Part shown: positions 22,745 through 34,770 of the stretch, one piece after another
Layout of the letters: every line of letters begins with the position of its first letter
Position numbering within the stretch: the first letter of the stretch is position 1
NCBI RefSeq assembly: GCF_030144855.1
Contig: NC_082736.1
Location: 6,820,001-6,884,000, forward strand
Reading direction: 5' to 3'
DNA length: 64,000 nucleotides
Source of the DNA: Hypanus sabinus
Lineage: Eukaryota
The notes under the pieces: generated by a model
Told to the model about the DNA's origin: nothing
Seen by the model: the letters and a program-made list of their open reading frames with translations, nothing else
Databases searched by the model: none
Made by a program: the position numbers and the translations under genes

Positions 22745-25700
22745 AGGCATATTCAACTCCTTCAAGTCAGTATTTAGTTGATGCACGATTGGCAGCGATT
22801 ACAGCCTTGAGTCTGTGTGGATAGGTCTCTATCAGCTTTGCACATCTGGACACTGCAATTTTTCCCCATTCTTCCTTACAAAACTACTCAAGATCTGTCA
22901 GAATGCATACAGTTTGTGAGTGAAAAGCTCTTTTCAAATCCAGCTACAGACTGAAGTCTGGACTCTGACTTGGCCACTCCAGGACATTAACTTTGCTGTT
23001 TTAATGCATTCCAATGCAGCTTTGGTTTTAAGCTCGTGGTCATTGTCTTGCTGGAAAACAAACCTTCTCCTAAGTCTCAGTTTTCTTGCAGACTGGGTTA
23101 CGTTTTCTAACAGGATTTCCCTGTATTTTGCTCCATTCATTTTACCCTCTACCATTACAAGCTTTCCAGGGCTTGCTGCCGTGAAGCACAATGAACTATT
23201 CTCGACTGTAGGAAAGGTGTGTTTTTGATGATATGCAGTGTTTGGCTTACATCAAACTTACGAGTTTAGCCTGATTGCAAAAAAAGTTCTATTTTAGTTT
23301 CAGACCATAGAACCTTCTTCCAGCTGGCTTCAGAGACCCCCTCGTCCTCTGACAAACTCCAGGTGAGATTTCATGACAGCTTTTTTCAACAGTGGCTTTC
23401 TCTTTGCCACTCCCTGATAAACCTGTGACAGGTGAAACACCTGGGCAACTATCATTGTATGCAAAGTCTCTCCCAGTTTAGCCAGGGAAGCTTGGGTTAT
23501 CAAAGGCGGAGTTATCAACAGTTATCAAAGGTGATTTGGTAGCCTCTTTCTCTCGGTCTCTTCTTGCACAGCTGCTCAATTTTTGAACACTGTCTGCTCG
23601 AGGTAGGCTTACAACTGTGCCATATTCTTTCCACTTCTGGATGACAGAGATCTAGAAGATTATAAGGCTACTGGGAAGGTGCTTAAGGAGGAAATTAGGA
23701 GAGCCAGAAGGCCTTGGCGGGCAGGATTAAGGAATCCCCAAAGCATTCTACAAGTATGTGAAGACCAAGAGGATAAGACATGACAGAATAGGACCTATCA
23801 AGTGTGACAGTGGGAAAGCGTGTATGCAACAGGAGGAAATAGCAGAGGTACCTAATGAATACTTTACTTCAGTATTCACTATGGGAAAGGATCTTAGTGA
23901 TTGTCGTGATGACTTGCAGCAGACTGAAAAGCTTGAGCATATAGATATTAAGAAAGAGGATGTCCTGGAGCTTTTGGAAAGTTGGATAAATCGCTGGGAC
24001 CAGACAAAATGTACCCCAGGCTACATGGGGTAGGTGAGGGATGGAGATTGCTGAGCCTCTGGCAATGATCTTTGCACCATCAATGGGGAAGGGAGAGGTT
24101 CCAGAGGATTGGAGGATTGTGGATGTTGTTCCATTCTTCAAGAAAGGGAGTAGAGATAACCCGGGAAATTACAGACCCGTGAGTCTTACCTCGGTGGTTG
24201 GGAAGATGATGGAGAAGATCCTGAGAGGCAGGATTTATGAAGATTTGGAGAGCTACGATATGATCAGGAGTAGTCAGCATGGCTTTGTCAAGAGCAGGAT
24301 GTGCCTTACAAGCCTGATTGGATTTTTGAGGATGTAACTAAACACATTCATGAAGGAAGAGCAGTAGATATAGTGCATATGGATTTCAGCAAGGCATTTG
24401 ATAAGGTACCCCATGCAAGGCATACTGAGAAAGTAAGGAAGCATGGGATCCAAGGGGACATTGCTTTGTGGATCCAAAACTCGCCTGCCCACAGAAGGCA
24501 AAGAATGGTTGTAGATGGGTCATATTCTGCATGGAGGTCGGTCACCAGTTCTGGGACCCTTCGTGATCTTTATAAATGTCCTAGATGAGGAAGTGGAGGG
24601 ATGGGTTAGTAAGTTTGTTGATGACACAAAGGTTGGAAGAGTAGTGGACAGTGTGGACGGCTGTCAGAGGTTACAGAGGGACATTGATAGGATGCAAAAC
24701 TGGGCTGAGGAGCAGCAGATGGAGTTCAACCCAGATAATTCTGAAGTGGTTCATTTTGATTGGTCAAATATGATGGCAGAATATAGTATTAATGGTAAGA
24801 CTCTTTGCAGTGTGAAGGATCAGAGTGATCCTGGGGTCCGAGACCACAGACGCTCAAAGCAGCTGCGCAGGTTGACTCAGTGGTCAAAAAGGCATACGGT
24901 GTATTGGCCTTCATCAATCGTGGAATTGAATTTAGGACCCGAGAGGTAATGTTGCAGCTATACGCAACCCTGGTCAGAACCCACTTGGAGTACTGTGTTC
25001 AGTTCTGGTCACCCCTCTACAGGAAGGATGTGGAAGCCATAGAAAGGGTGCAGAGGAGATTTACAAGGACATTGCCTGGATTGGGGAGCATGCCTTATGA
25101 GAATAGGTTGAATGAACTCAGCCTATTCTCTTTGCAGCAAAGGAAGATGAGAGGTGACCTGATCGAGGTGTACAAGATGATGAGAGGCATTGATCGTGTG
25201 GATAGTCAGAGGCTTTTTCCCCAAGACTGAAATGACTGCCACAAGAGGACACAGGTTTAAGGTGCTGGGGAATAGGTACAGAGGAGATGTCAGGGGTAAG
25301 TTTTTTTACTCAGAGAGTGGTGAGTGCATGGAATGGGCTGGCGGCAACGGTGGTAGAAGTGGATACGATAGGGCCTTTTAAGAGGCTTTTCAATAGGTCC
25401 ATGGAGCTTCAAAAAAATAGAGAGCTATAGGTGAGCCTGGTAATTTCTAAGATAGGGACATGTTCGGCACAACGTTCCGGGCCGAAGGGCCTGTATGGTG
25501 CTGCAGGTTTTCTATGTTTCTATGACTAAACTGGACTCCAAGGGTATTCAGTGACTTGGAAATTTTCTTGTATCAGTCTCCTGACTCGTGCTTTTCAATA
25601 AGCTTTTTGCTTAGCTACTTGGAGTGTTCTTTTGTCTTCATGGTGTAGTCTTTGCCAGAATACTGACTACCAACAGTTGTATATTTTTACTACAGTCAAT

Positions 25701-26005
25701 TGAAACAGCTTGACTGCACATGGTGATCTCCATTTAACTTTAAATGTAACTCCTATAACCAATTGGCTGCAGCAGGGATGATTTAGTGTGTTATATTAAA
25801 GGAGGTGAATACTTATACAGACAATTATCTTGTGACTTCTTCTATCTGTAATTAATTTAGAGCACTTTGTAGAGATCTGTTTTCACTTTGACACAAGAGT
25901 CCTTTTCTGTTGATCAGGTAAAAAAAGCCAAATTTAATCCACTGTGATTCAAAATCATAAAACAATAAAACATGAAAACTTCCAAGGGGCATGAATACTT
26001 TACTT
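22745..26005 (-). mobile_element. Tc1/mariner DNA transposon relic, split by a CR1 insertion (segments about 22745-23643 and 25525-26005)
   Basis: CF.A..PG.LV.VEGKMNGAKYREIL.EN..QSARKLRL.RRFVFQQDND and AKRKPLLKK..HLEF; Tc1-like ends TATTCAACTCC and GGGGCATGAATACTTT; paralog from about 62060. Confidence 0.8.
23645..25525 (+). mobile_element. CR1 LINE ORF2 (RT), 5'-truncated and frameshifted
   Basis: GEVPEDWR...PGNYRPVSLTSVVGK, MDFSKAFDKVPH, KFVDDTKVG, HLEYCVQFWSP; ends in (TTTCTATG)n. Confidence 0.92.
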
Positions 26006-26269
26006 TACATGTAGGAACAGCGATGGTGAAAGGGGAGGGAAAGAAGACACGGGGAGGAGTGGTCTCAAGATCCTCAGGTGTTCCTCCCGATGGGATAAAG
26101 CACAAAAGAGGAAATATCAAAGAGAGATGAGAGTGGAGCACTGATTGTCATGAGAGATATAAGCAGAAGCAGATTGTGGTAAAACTACATCGAGTACCTT
26201 TGTTCTGTGAGCTGAAACAACCACAATCTGCCATTGGCAATGCATTCTAGTTCCATTTCCCATTCACAT

Positions 26270-26570
26270 ACTGACATATTGGTGCCTTACAGCTGTCTTA
26301 ACCAGTGGTGGAGTGATAATGGGACAAGATCCCAATTCCCATTAAAAGCTGCCAATGGTGTGCACATCAAATTGCCTCTGTCAGCCAAATCCAGCTCCTG
26401 ACTTTAACATATGGCTTAGCTACTAAGCCCAATGGAACTGTTTCTAGTGTCGGGGGAAGGTGCAAATCGGTTTACTAATGTCATACAGCCGACTGCTTTG
26501 GGCAGATGGGCTCGTCAACCATGCTTGGCAGCTCATCTAGTGGAAGGAAAACCCTGACCTGAAACCTGGA
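26270..26570 (+). mobile_element. Probable RTE-clade LINE 5' fragment
   Basis: GGCAGCTCATCTAGTGGAAGGAAAACCCTGA resembles RTE 5' sequence (recall only). Confidence 0.4.
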
Positions 26571-26789
26571 CCCTGAATTCACCCTCAATCTGTGGTCTGG
26601 AGTTCTCCCTCATTGTGATCACTTCTTCAGGGATCCTTCACCACAAGATCTCTCTGTAATCCCACCTCATTACACAGATTACACCTGAAATGTCCTGTTC
26701 CTGGGTAAGATCCTGCTGTAAGAAACTGTCTCTGACCACTCCACAAATTCCTCTTCCACTGTACCAGTTTGATCAGCTTAATCAACACA

Positions 26790-27280
26790 CAGACTGAAGC
26801 AAACACACACAAAATACTGCAGGAACTCAGCAAACATCGATATTTCAGGCTGAGAACCTCATTGGGATGAGAAAGAAAGGTGGTGGAGGAAGGGGGAGGA
26901 CAAGTGAGTGGGGTGTGTGGTTTGTGAAGGGATGATGATTTGAGGAGCTGCGTGACAGGCAGAAAAGGCAAAGAGATGAAGAGAAAGGAATCTAATAGGA
27001 GAGAGTGTTGGACCGTGGGATGACACGAAGGAGGTAAAGAATCAGAGAGAGATGATGGGCAGGTCAGGAGTGTGCATCAGGAGAGGTGAAGGGATTAAAT
27101 TCCATCAGAATGGGGGAAAGAAGTGGGCATGAAGGAAACAGTGTGTAGTGATATCTGGAATTTGGAGACATCAATGTTCATGCCATCAAGATTGGAGGCT
27201 ACACAGTGAAAACACGAGGTGCTGCTCATCCAACATGTATTTGGCCTCATCGTAGCAGGAGAGGAGGCCGTGGACAGACA
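26790..27280 (-). mobile_element. Penelope-like 3' fragment
   Basis: Same tail as 8410-8700 and 38950-39130. Confidence 0.65.
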
Positions 27281-27579
27281 TGTTGGTGATGGCCCTCTGC
27301 TGGTCAGGGACGATCATGGATATTGCGCCCTGGCTGTCGAAGTCCATATGCAGACCAGGGTAGTACGATACGTAAAGCAAGCTGTTGCCCATGCAGGAGC
27401 TGATGAACCCAGAGCAACGGCAGAGACCGAAGGAGTCAGGCATCAGCGGTGTCACAGGATTGCCAGCCTGCACTGAACATAGGACCAACAGGGAATTAGT
27501 GTTCACAGCGGGGACACAGCAAACATCCCACAGATATCTGATGCTGACATTTCAATATTCTACAGTAATGTGTAACAAC

Positions 27580-29870
27580 CATCCTCAGGAGGGAAAAACT
27601 AATGGGACAAAAAGCAAACATTTCCAGGTCCCAATGATCTGCACTGAAGTCTGGAGAGAAAGTAGAGACATTGAAGTCTGTCAAAACTCACGGTTTCAGA
27701 AAGGTCCCAGTGGAGTTGAAAACCATTGATGAAGAAGGGTGGAAGATAAAAAGCAGGTGACTGTAGTCCAGTTAACTTCACTTCAGCTACTGGAGTCTAT
27801 AATCTGTGAAGAAATAACAAGTCATTTAGAAAAGTTTAATGTGATTGAACTAAGTCAACAGGGTTTACAGTCAGATTCACATAGCACAGAAACGAGCCCT
27901 TCAGCTCAAATGGTCCAAGCTGAACAAAGTTTTCATCTGAGCTTGTGGTCAGTAAACCCCTCACCACCACATTATGAACAAGCCTTTCCTCCTCATTGTC
28001 CCATTTCCTTGGATTTAGCCCATATCCTTCAAAACCTTTCCTTCCCATCTACCTGACCAAGTACCTTTTTAATATACCTTGACTCAACCACTCCCCCAGC
28101 AGCTCAGTCCATACACTGACCAGCCTGTGTGTGGAAAAGATGCCCTTCAGGCTCCTATTAAATCTGATCTTAAACCAATGCCGTCCAATTCTTGATTCCC
28201 CTACCTGACAAATATAGTTATCTTTGACCCAACCCAGGCCCCTTATTATTTAATACACCTCTGCAATATCAGCACTCATTCTCCAACTTTCCAGTGAAAA
28301 TAGTCCAAAACACTTTCCACAAAGCAGTCCTTCGAGATCCAACAACATCCCCATAAATCAGCTGTGCACTCTTTCCAGCTCAATGGTTTCTGTCACACTG
28401 CATGGTCACTAAAACTAAGCACTATTTATGAAATGCGGCCAAACCAACGTGTTGAACAACCGCACCATTTCATCCCAGCTTCTATAATCGGTGCCCTGAC
28501 TGAAGGCCGGTGTTCCAAAAGCCTCGTCACCACCCTGTCCATCTGGAACCTGGTTTTTGTCTCTGTAACCTGGGTTACTGAATGTTAAGTCATGTTTGAC
28601 AAACATACCAGAGATTTGAGACTTTACAGGGGAAGTTGGAGAAGTGGTGATTTTCGATTGGCAGGAGCCATTTGCCAAGGTGCCACATGAAAGGCTGGTG
28701 CACAAGACCAGCGCACAGTACTGGGAAGGAAGTGTGTTAATATTGACTGAAGACTGGTTACCATACTGAGACAGAATAACAGGTCCGATTCAGACTGGGA
28801 TGATATAACTTGTGGAGTGTCCCAGCAACCAGTTATGGATTCCCAATGATTTATTACTGATATTAATAACCCGGAGGAGGGAGGAATCCATGGTTGTCAA
28901 TAACAGGGAATGTGGTGGGGGACATGTTGTGATTAGACATTTCATCCCTCCAACAGGATAAGAAGTCAGTGAGTAGAATATTTGGAAAATGGAGTTTAAG
29001 GTGGCAAAGCGTGATGGCTTGTAAAGTGGCAGGAGAAATCAGAAGTCAGACTATGATTTGGAGATAAATTGTAAATGAGAGAAACAGAGAAGTGTTGTTA
29101 CAGTGTCAAACAAACGCACGATGTTGGATCTTGGGAAGTTAAAGCAGGTAAGGACATACCCAGTGAATGGCAGGGTCCTGCGGAGTGTTGATGAAAAGAT
29201 AAACCTGACGCACAGGTAAATAGTTCCCTGAAAGTGCCAACACAGGTAGACAAGGTGGTGAAGAAAGTGCACGACATGCTTACCTTCATCAGCAAAGGCT
29301 CTGAGAGGAGTTGGGACATCACACTACAGTTGTATAAATCAATAATTACACCACACCAGGAGTAGCCTGTGTCGTTCTGGTCATCACGAGAGGAAGGATG
29401 TGATTAAGCTGGAAAGACGCAGAAACGATTCACAGGAATGGAACCTGGACTGGGGGCTTGAGTTACAAGGAAAGATCAGACTGACTGGGACTGTTTTCCC
29501 TGGAGTGAAGGAGGCTGAGGGGAGATCTGACAGAAGTTTATAAAACTATGAGCGGTGTAGACAAGGTAGACAGTCAGAATCACTTCCCCAGGGTAGAAAT
29601 ATCTAATATGAGAAGGCACAGCTTTAAAACACCAGGTGAGAATTTAAAGGTGGATTTCAGGGCAGGGAAGATTTCTGTTTCCGTACAGAGAGTGGTGAGG
29701 GCTGGGTTTGGGCTGCCACGGGGAATGCTGAAAGCAGATATGATAAGGACATTTGTCAGGGTCTTAGATAAACACAGGCTGAAGAGACTTAGTTTTATTT
29801 GACATCGTGTTCAGCACAGACATCATGGGAAGAAGGGTCTGTTCCTGTGCTGTACTGTTCTGTGTTCTCG
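27580..29870 (+). mobile_element. Nested degenerate CR1 fragments (with an opposite-strand piece at about 27870-28560)
   Basis: RT-like DF..AF.KVPH..L, QVDKVVKK...MLTFI and a CR1 3' UTR (GCCTGTT...CTGTACTGTTCT). Confidence 0.65.
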
Positions 29871-30404
29871 GTGAGCCTCAGTGACGGGGGATTCTTTAGC
29901 CAGGGTCACAGACAGGTGTATCTGTGGCAAGGAGAGAGACTGCAGGATGGTGCATTACCCCCCTGGTACCAGGACCAAAAGATGTAACTGAACAAGTACA
30001 GGCCATTCTGAAAGGGCAGGGTGAGCAGCCAGAGGTCGTGTCCATATTGGTTCTAACAAAAGAGACAAATTAAGCAGAAACTCTGTCATGGGTATTGGGG
30101 TAATCCCAGTGTCACCTGTTAGCAAAGGAAGAAATAAAAAGGTGGTACAGTAGCGCCTCATTTCCTAGCGTATCCGAACCGACTCACAATTAGATAGCCT
30201 ACGGGGGTTTGCGAGCACAGAGCTTTGGAGCCTCTTCGCCATGGGGGGCCGGTTGACAGAGGCTTAAAAGTGAGGCTGAAGTTTTCGAATAAAGTTTTTT
30301 TCCTTCGACTGCAGTTACCGACTCCGTGTCGTAATTTTAGCGCTGCGTGTAGCACACCGCTACAATTGGTGACCCCGACGGTCCAAACGATTTTTGGACC
30401 AGAA

Positions 30405-31091
30405 ATGACCGACGCCGCCTCTGTTCATGCGGTTTCGTTGAAACTGCTGGGTTTCTGGACACAGCGCCCGGACCTATGGTTCCAGCAAGCCGAAGCCCAA
30501 TTCCACGTTCGCCGGATCACCTCAGAAGACACCCGCTACTACTACGTGGTGGGCTCCCTCGACCAGGACACAGCTGCCCAGGTCGCGGAGTTCGTACAGT
30601 CGCCCCCGGCAGACGGCAAGTACACGGAATTCAAAGCCCTGCTCCTCAGGACTTTCGGACTCTCACGGCGCGAGCGGGCTGCCCGTTTACTGCACCTGGA
30701 TGGCTTGGGCGACAGACCTCCATCGGCTTTAATGAATGAGAAGTTGTCTCTGGCCGAGGGACACACAGGCCTCATGTTTGAGCAGGCATTCCTGGAGCAG
30801 CTGCCCGAGGACATACGCCTGCTGCTGTCCGACGCGGATTTCAGTGACCCCCGGAAGGTGGCAGCCCGGGCGGACTTGCTGTGGAACGCCAAAAAGGTGA
30901 GCGGGGCGTCCATCGCACAGATCTCCCAGCCACGCTCCCGGCAGCAAACCAGTCCAGGCCCGGCCGCAGAGCCCACTAACCCCCGGCCCAATGACCACTG
31001 GTGCTTCTACCACCAGCGGTGTGGCGCAGAAGCCCGCCGTTGCCGCACGCCCTGCAAGTTCCCGGGAAACGCCAGGGCCAGCCGCCGCTGA
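30405..31091 (+). CDS. gag: Gag (228 aa)
   Basis: AVSLKL..FW...P.LWF.QAEAQF...[12 protein letters not shown] and C-terminal WCFYH...A.RC..PC; first ATG after the PBS. Confidence 0.85.
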   Translation: MTDAASVHAVSLKLLGFWTQRPDLWFQQAEAQFHVRRITSEDTRYYYVVGSLDQDTAAQVAEFVQSPPADGKYTEFKALLLRTFGLSRRERAARLLHLDGLGDRPPSALMNEKLSLAEGHTGLMFEQAFLEQLPEDIRLLLSDADFSDPRKVAARADLLWNAKKVSGASIAQISQPRSRQQTSPGPAAEPTNPRPNDHWCFYHQRCGAEARRCRTPCKFPGNARASRR

Positions 31092-31121
31092 TGGCTACGG
31101 CGGCTGGCCATCGGGATAGCC
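31064..31121 (+). promoter_or_regulatory. -1 ribosomal frameshift signal
   Basis: G GGA AAC heptamer in the gag frame, a 5-nt spacer, then a perfect 12-bp stem 31076-31087 / 31098-31109. Confidence 0.85.
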
Positions 31122-33976
31122 TCCTGTATGTGTGGGATAGAAGGTCGGGACGCCGGTTTTTGGTCGATACTGGGGCTGAGATCAGCGTTTTACCTCCGAC
31201 GAGTTACGACACCCGCAGCAGGGCACCGGGTCCCCCCCTGAGGGCCGTGAATGGCAGCACAGTAAGGACCTATGGCACCCGTCAGGTGCAGCTACTGTTC
31301 GGCCCCAGCCAGTTCACGTGGGACTTCACACTGGCCGCCGTAGCCCAACCGCTTCTGGGTGCGGATTTTTTGCGAGCTCACAGCCTGCTGGTTGACCTGC
31401 CCAGGAAGAGACTGGTACACGCCGAGACCTTTCAGACGTTCTCCCTGGGCGCGGCCCAGTTGCCAGCCCCTCACCTCGGCTCCATCACGCTGTCCGACAA
31501 CGACTTCACCAGGGTCCTGGCGGAGTTCCCATCGGTTCTGGCACCGCAGTTCACAGCAGCCATGCCCAGGCACGGCGTACAGCACCACATCCCGACACAG
31601 GGACCACCCCTCCATGCCCGTGCTCGGCGGCTTCCCCCGGACAAGCTCCTACTGGCGAAGGAGGAGTTCCAGAGGATGGAGGAATTGGGGATCATCCGGC
31701 GGTCCGACAGCCCCTGGGCTTCCCCCCTGCACATGGTGCCCAAAGCGACGGGGGGCTGGAGACCGTGCGGCGACTACCGCAGGCTGAACGAGGCTACCAC
31801 ACCGGACCGCTACCCTGTGCCGCACATTCAGGACTTTGCGGCAAACCTGCACGGCGCCCGGATCTTCTCCAAGGTCGACCTTGTCCGAGGGTACCATCAA
31901 ATCCCGATGCATCCTGACGACGTCCCCAAAACGGCTCTCATCACCCCGTTTGGCCTCTTCGAGTTCCTCCGCATGCCGTTCGGCCTGAAGAATGCCGCAC
32001 AGACGTTCCAGCGGTTAATGGACGCGGTGGGACGGGACCTGGACTTCGCGTTCATCTATTTGGATGACATCCTCATAGCCAGCGGCAGTCGTCAGGAGCA
32101 TCTGTCCCACCTCCGTCAACTCTGCGCCCGACTGAGTGAGTACGGTCTTACAATCAACCCTGCCAAATGCCAGTTCGGACTCGATACCATTGACTTCCTG
32201 GGCCACAGAATTACTAAAGACGGGGTAACCCCTCTGCCCGCTTCCCCCGACCCACCACGATCAAAGGCCTTCAGCAATTCGTAGGTATGGTCAATTTCTA
32301 CCGCCGCTTCCTCCCTTCAGCTGCCCTGATGTCGGGTCCGAGCAAGGACATTACCTGGGACGAGGAGTCCGCCGCCACTTTCGTTCAAACGAAGGAAGCT
32401 TTGGCTGACGCCGCAATGCTAGTACATCCCAGAATGGACACCCCTACCGCCCTCACAGTGGACGCATCAAACACGGCAGTCGGTGGGGTGCTGGAGCAGC
32501 TCATCGCAGGTCGCTGGCAATCCCTGGCGTTTTTCAGCAAACACCTGCGGCCACCCGAGCTCAAGTACAGTGCTTTTGACCGGGAACTGTTGGCGCTCTA
32601 CCTGGCAATCCGGCATTTCAGGTACTTCCTAGAAGGTCGGCCCTTCACCGCGTTCACGGACCACAAACCGCTTACCTTTGCGTTTACGAAAGCATCCGAC
32701 CCCTGGTCATCCCGCCAGCAACGCCACCTGTCCTACATCTCTGAATACACAACGGATGTCTGGCACGTCTCGGGTAAGGACAATGTCGTGGCGGATGCGC
32801 TCTCTCGCCCTACCGTTCATGCCCTTTCCCAAGGGGTAGACTTTGTGGCACTGGCAGAGGCGCAGCAGGTGGATGAGGAGATTCCGAGTTACAGGACTGC
32901 AGTCTCTGGTTTGCAGCTCCAGGACCTCCCCGTGGGCCCAGGTGAGAGGACCCTACTCTGTGACGTCGCCACCGGCCAGCCCCGTCCGGTCGTCCCCGCA
33001 GCCTGGCGGCGACGTGTTTTCGACTCCATTCATAACTTGGCGCATCCCTCCATCCGGACAACTGTCCGGCTGGTTTCCAGCAGGTTCGTTTGGCACGGAC
33101 TCCGCAAACAGGTCAGTGAATGGGCCAGAACGTGCATGCACTGCCAGACGGCCAAGGTTCAGCGGCACACCAAAGCCCCACCGCAGCAGTTCCATCCCGC
33201 CCACCGGCGTTTCGACCACATTCATGTGGATATCGTGGGCCCCCTGCCAGTGTCGCGCGGACAGAGCCTCCGACAGAGGCGCCCAGTTCACCTCCAGCCT
33301 GTGGTCAGCTATGGCCAGCCTTTTGGGGACTCAGCTGCACCACACCACTGCCTACCACCCACAGTCGAACGGGCTAGTGGAGCGTTTCCACCGTCACCTG
33401 AAGTCGGCCCTCATGGCCCGCCTGCGAGGAGCCAACTGGGCGGACGAGCTTCCCTGGGTCCTTCTCGGCATCCGCACAGCGCACAAGGACGACCTGCACG
33501 CCTCGTCGGCCGAGTTGGTATACGGCGCGCCCCTGGCCGTCCCCGGGGAGTTCCTACCAGCCCCGAGGGGGCAAGAGGAAGAACCCGCTGCAGTCCTGGG
33601 CAGACTTCGCGAGAAGCTCGGTAACCTGGCCCCCATACCCACTTCACAGCATGGGCGGCACCCGACCTGCGTACCCAAAGACCTACGGAACTGTAAGTTT
33701 GTGTTTGTACGAAGGGGCGGGCATCGGCCACCGCTGCAGCGGCCATACGAGGGGCCGTTTACGGTGCTCCGGAACAACGGGTCCACGTTCGTGCTGGACG
33801 TTGGGGGGAAGGAGGAGGTTTTCACGGTGGACCGCCTCAAGCCGGCCCATGTGGACCTGGCGCAACCGGCCGAGTTTCCGGCGCCTCGGCGCAGAGGCCG
33901 ACCTCCCAAACAGGTTCTGGCCCAGGCTGTGGACATTGGGGGGTGTATCGCCGGTTCTGGGGGGGGGGTTATGTAG
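31064..33976 (+). pseudogene. pol: pol (protease-RT-RNase H-integrase), -1 frame to gag, broken by deletions
   Basis: [44 protein letters not shown] zinc finger, HVDIVGP, SDRGAQF, NGLVERFH, PYEGPF. Frame breaks near 32240 and 33260. Confidence 0.92.
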
Positions 33977-34344
33977 CGCCTCATTTCCTAGCGTATCCGA
34001 ACCGACTCACAATTAGATAGCCTACGGGGGTTTGCGAGCACAGAGCTTTGGAGCCTCTTCGCCATGGGGGGCCGGTTGACAGAGGCTTAAAAGTGAGGCT
34101 GAAGTTTTCGAATAAAGTTTTTTTCCTTCGACTGCAGTTACCGACTCCGTGTCGTAATTTTAGCGCTGCGTGTAGCACACCGCTACAGTACAGTTATTTG
34201 TGTGGCTCACAAGCTGGTGCAGGACGGAGGGTTTTAGTTACATTGATCATTGGGCTCTTTCAGGACAGCTGATGGGAAGAGTGAAAGGTCAGTAGTGGCA
34301 TTGATGGATGTGGATTAACACAGAAAGTAAGTCCAAATGGGAAA

Positions 34345-34770
34345 TTACACTGTCTCAGTAGTACTACAAGTGCACAGATAAACAAATATTATAATTAAGA
34401 GAAGGAATAAAAAGTAAGTTACCTCCAACAGTCTAACATGGGGGGTGTCATCACTTCCCCGGCTACAGGTTGACTCATTACAGAGCCTAATGGCCCAGTG
34501 TAAGGATGACTTCATACAGCCCTCCTCCGAGCAGCACAGTTGTCTCAGTGTGTTACTGAAGATGCTCCTCTGTTCAGCCAAGGAGGCATGCAGAGGATGA
34601 GAAACATTGTCCAGAATTGTCAGGATTTTCCGTAGGGTCCTTTGTTCAACCACGGCCTCCAGTGTGTCCAGTTTGACTCCTATAACAGAGCCAGACTTTC
34701 TAATCAGTTTATTCTCAGATGGCATCACCCGTGTTGATGCCATTTGCCCAGTACACCACTGCATAGTTAA
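34345..34770 (-). mobile_element. Rex1/Babar 3' fragment
   Basis: NKLIRKSGSVIGVKLDTLEAVVEQRTL.KI..ILDNVSHPLH. Confidence 0.8.

Larger units (their letters stand above)
30149..34187 (+). mobile_element. Gypsy/Ty3 LTR retrotransposon provirus with both LTRs and internal deletions
   Basis: 216-bp LTRs at 30149-30364 and 33972-34187; TSD GTAC; PBS TGGTGACCCCGACG (tRNA-Trp) at 30367; poly-G PPT at 33959-33968; gag-PR-RT-RH-IN order. Confidence 0.97.

Noticed and set aside
26270-26570. HDV-like ribozyme at an RTE 5' end
   Set aside because: Could not build the nested double pseudoknot by eye; only a short hairpin (GGCTTAG-CTA-CTAAGCC) is evident.
30225-30404. Gag N-terminal extension
   Set aside because: It lies in the LTR and PBS and begins at a non-ATG codon; the same peptide recurs in the 3' LTR.
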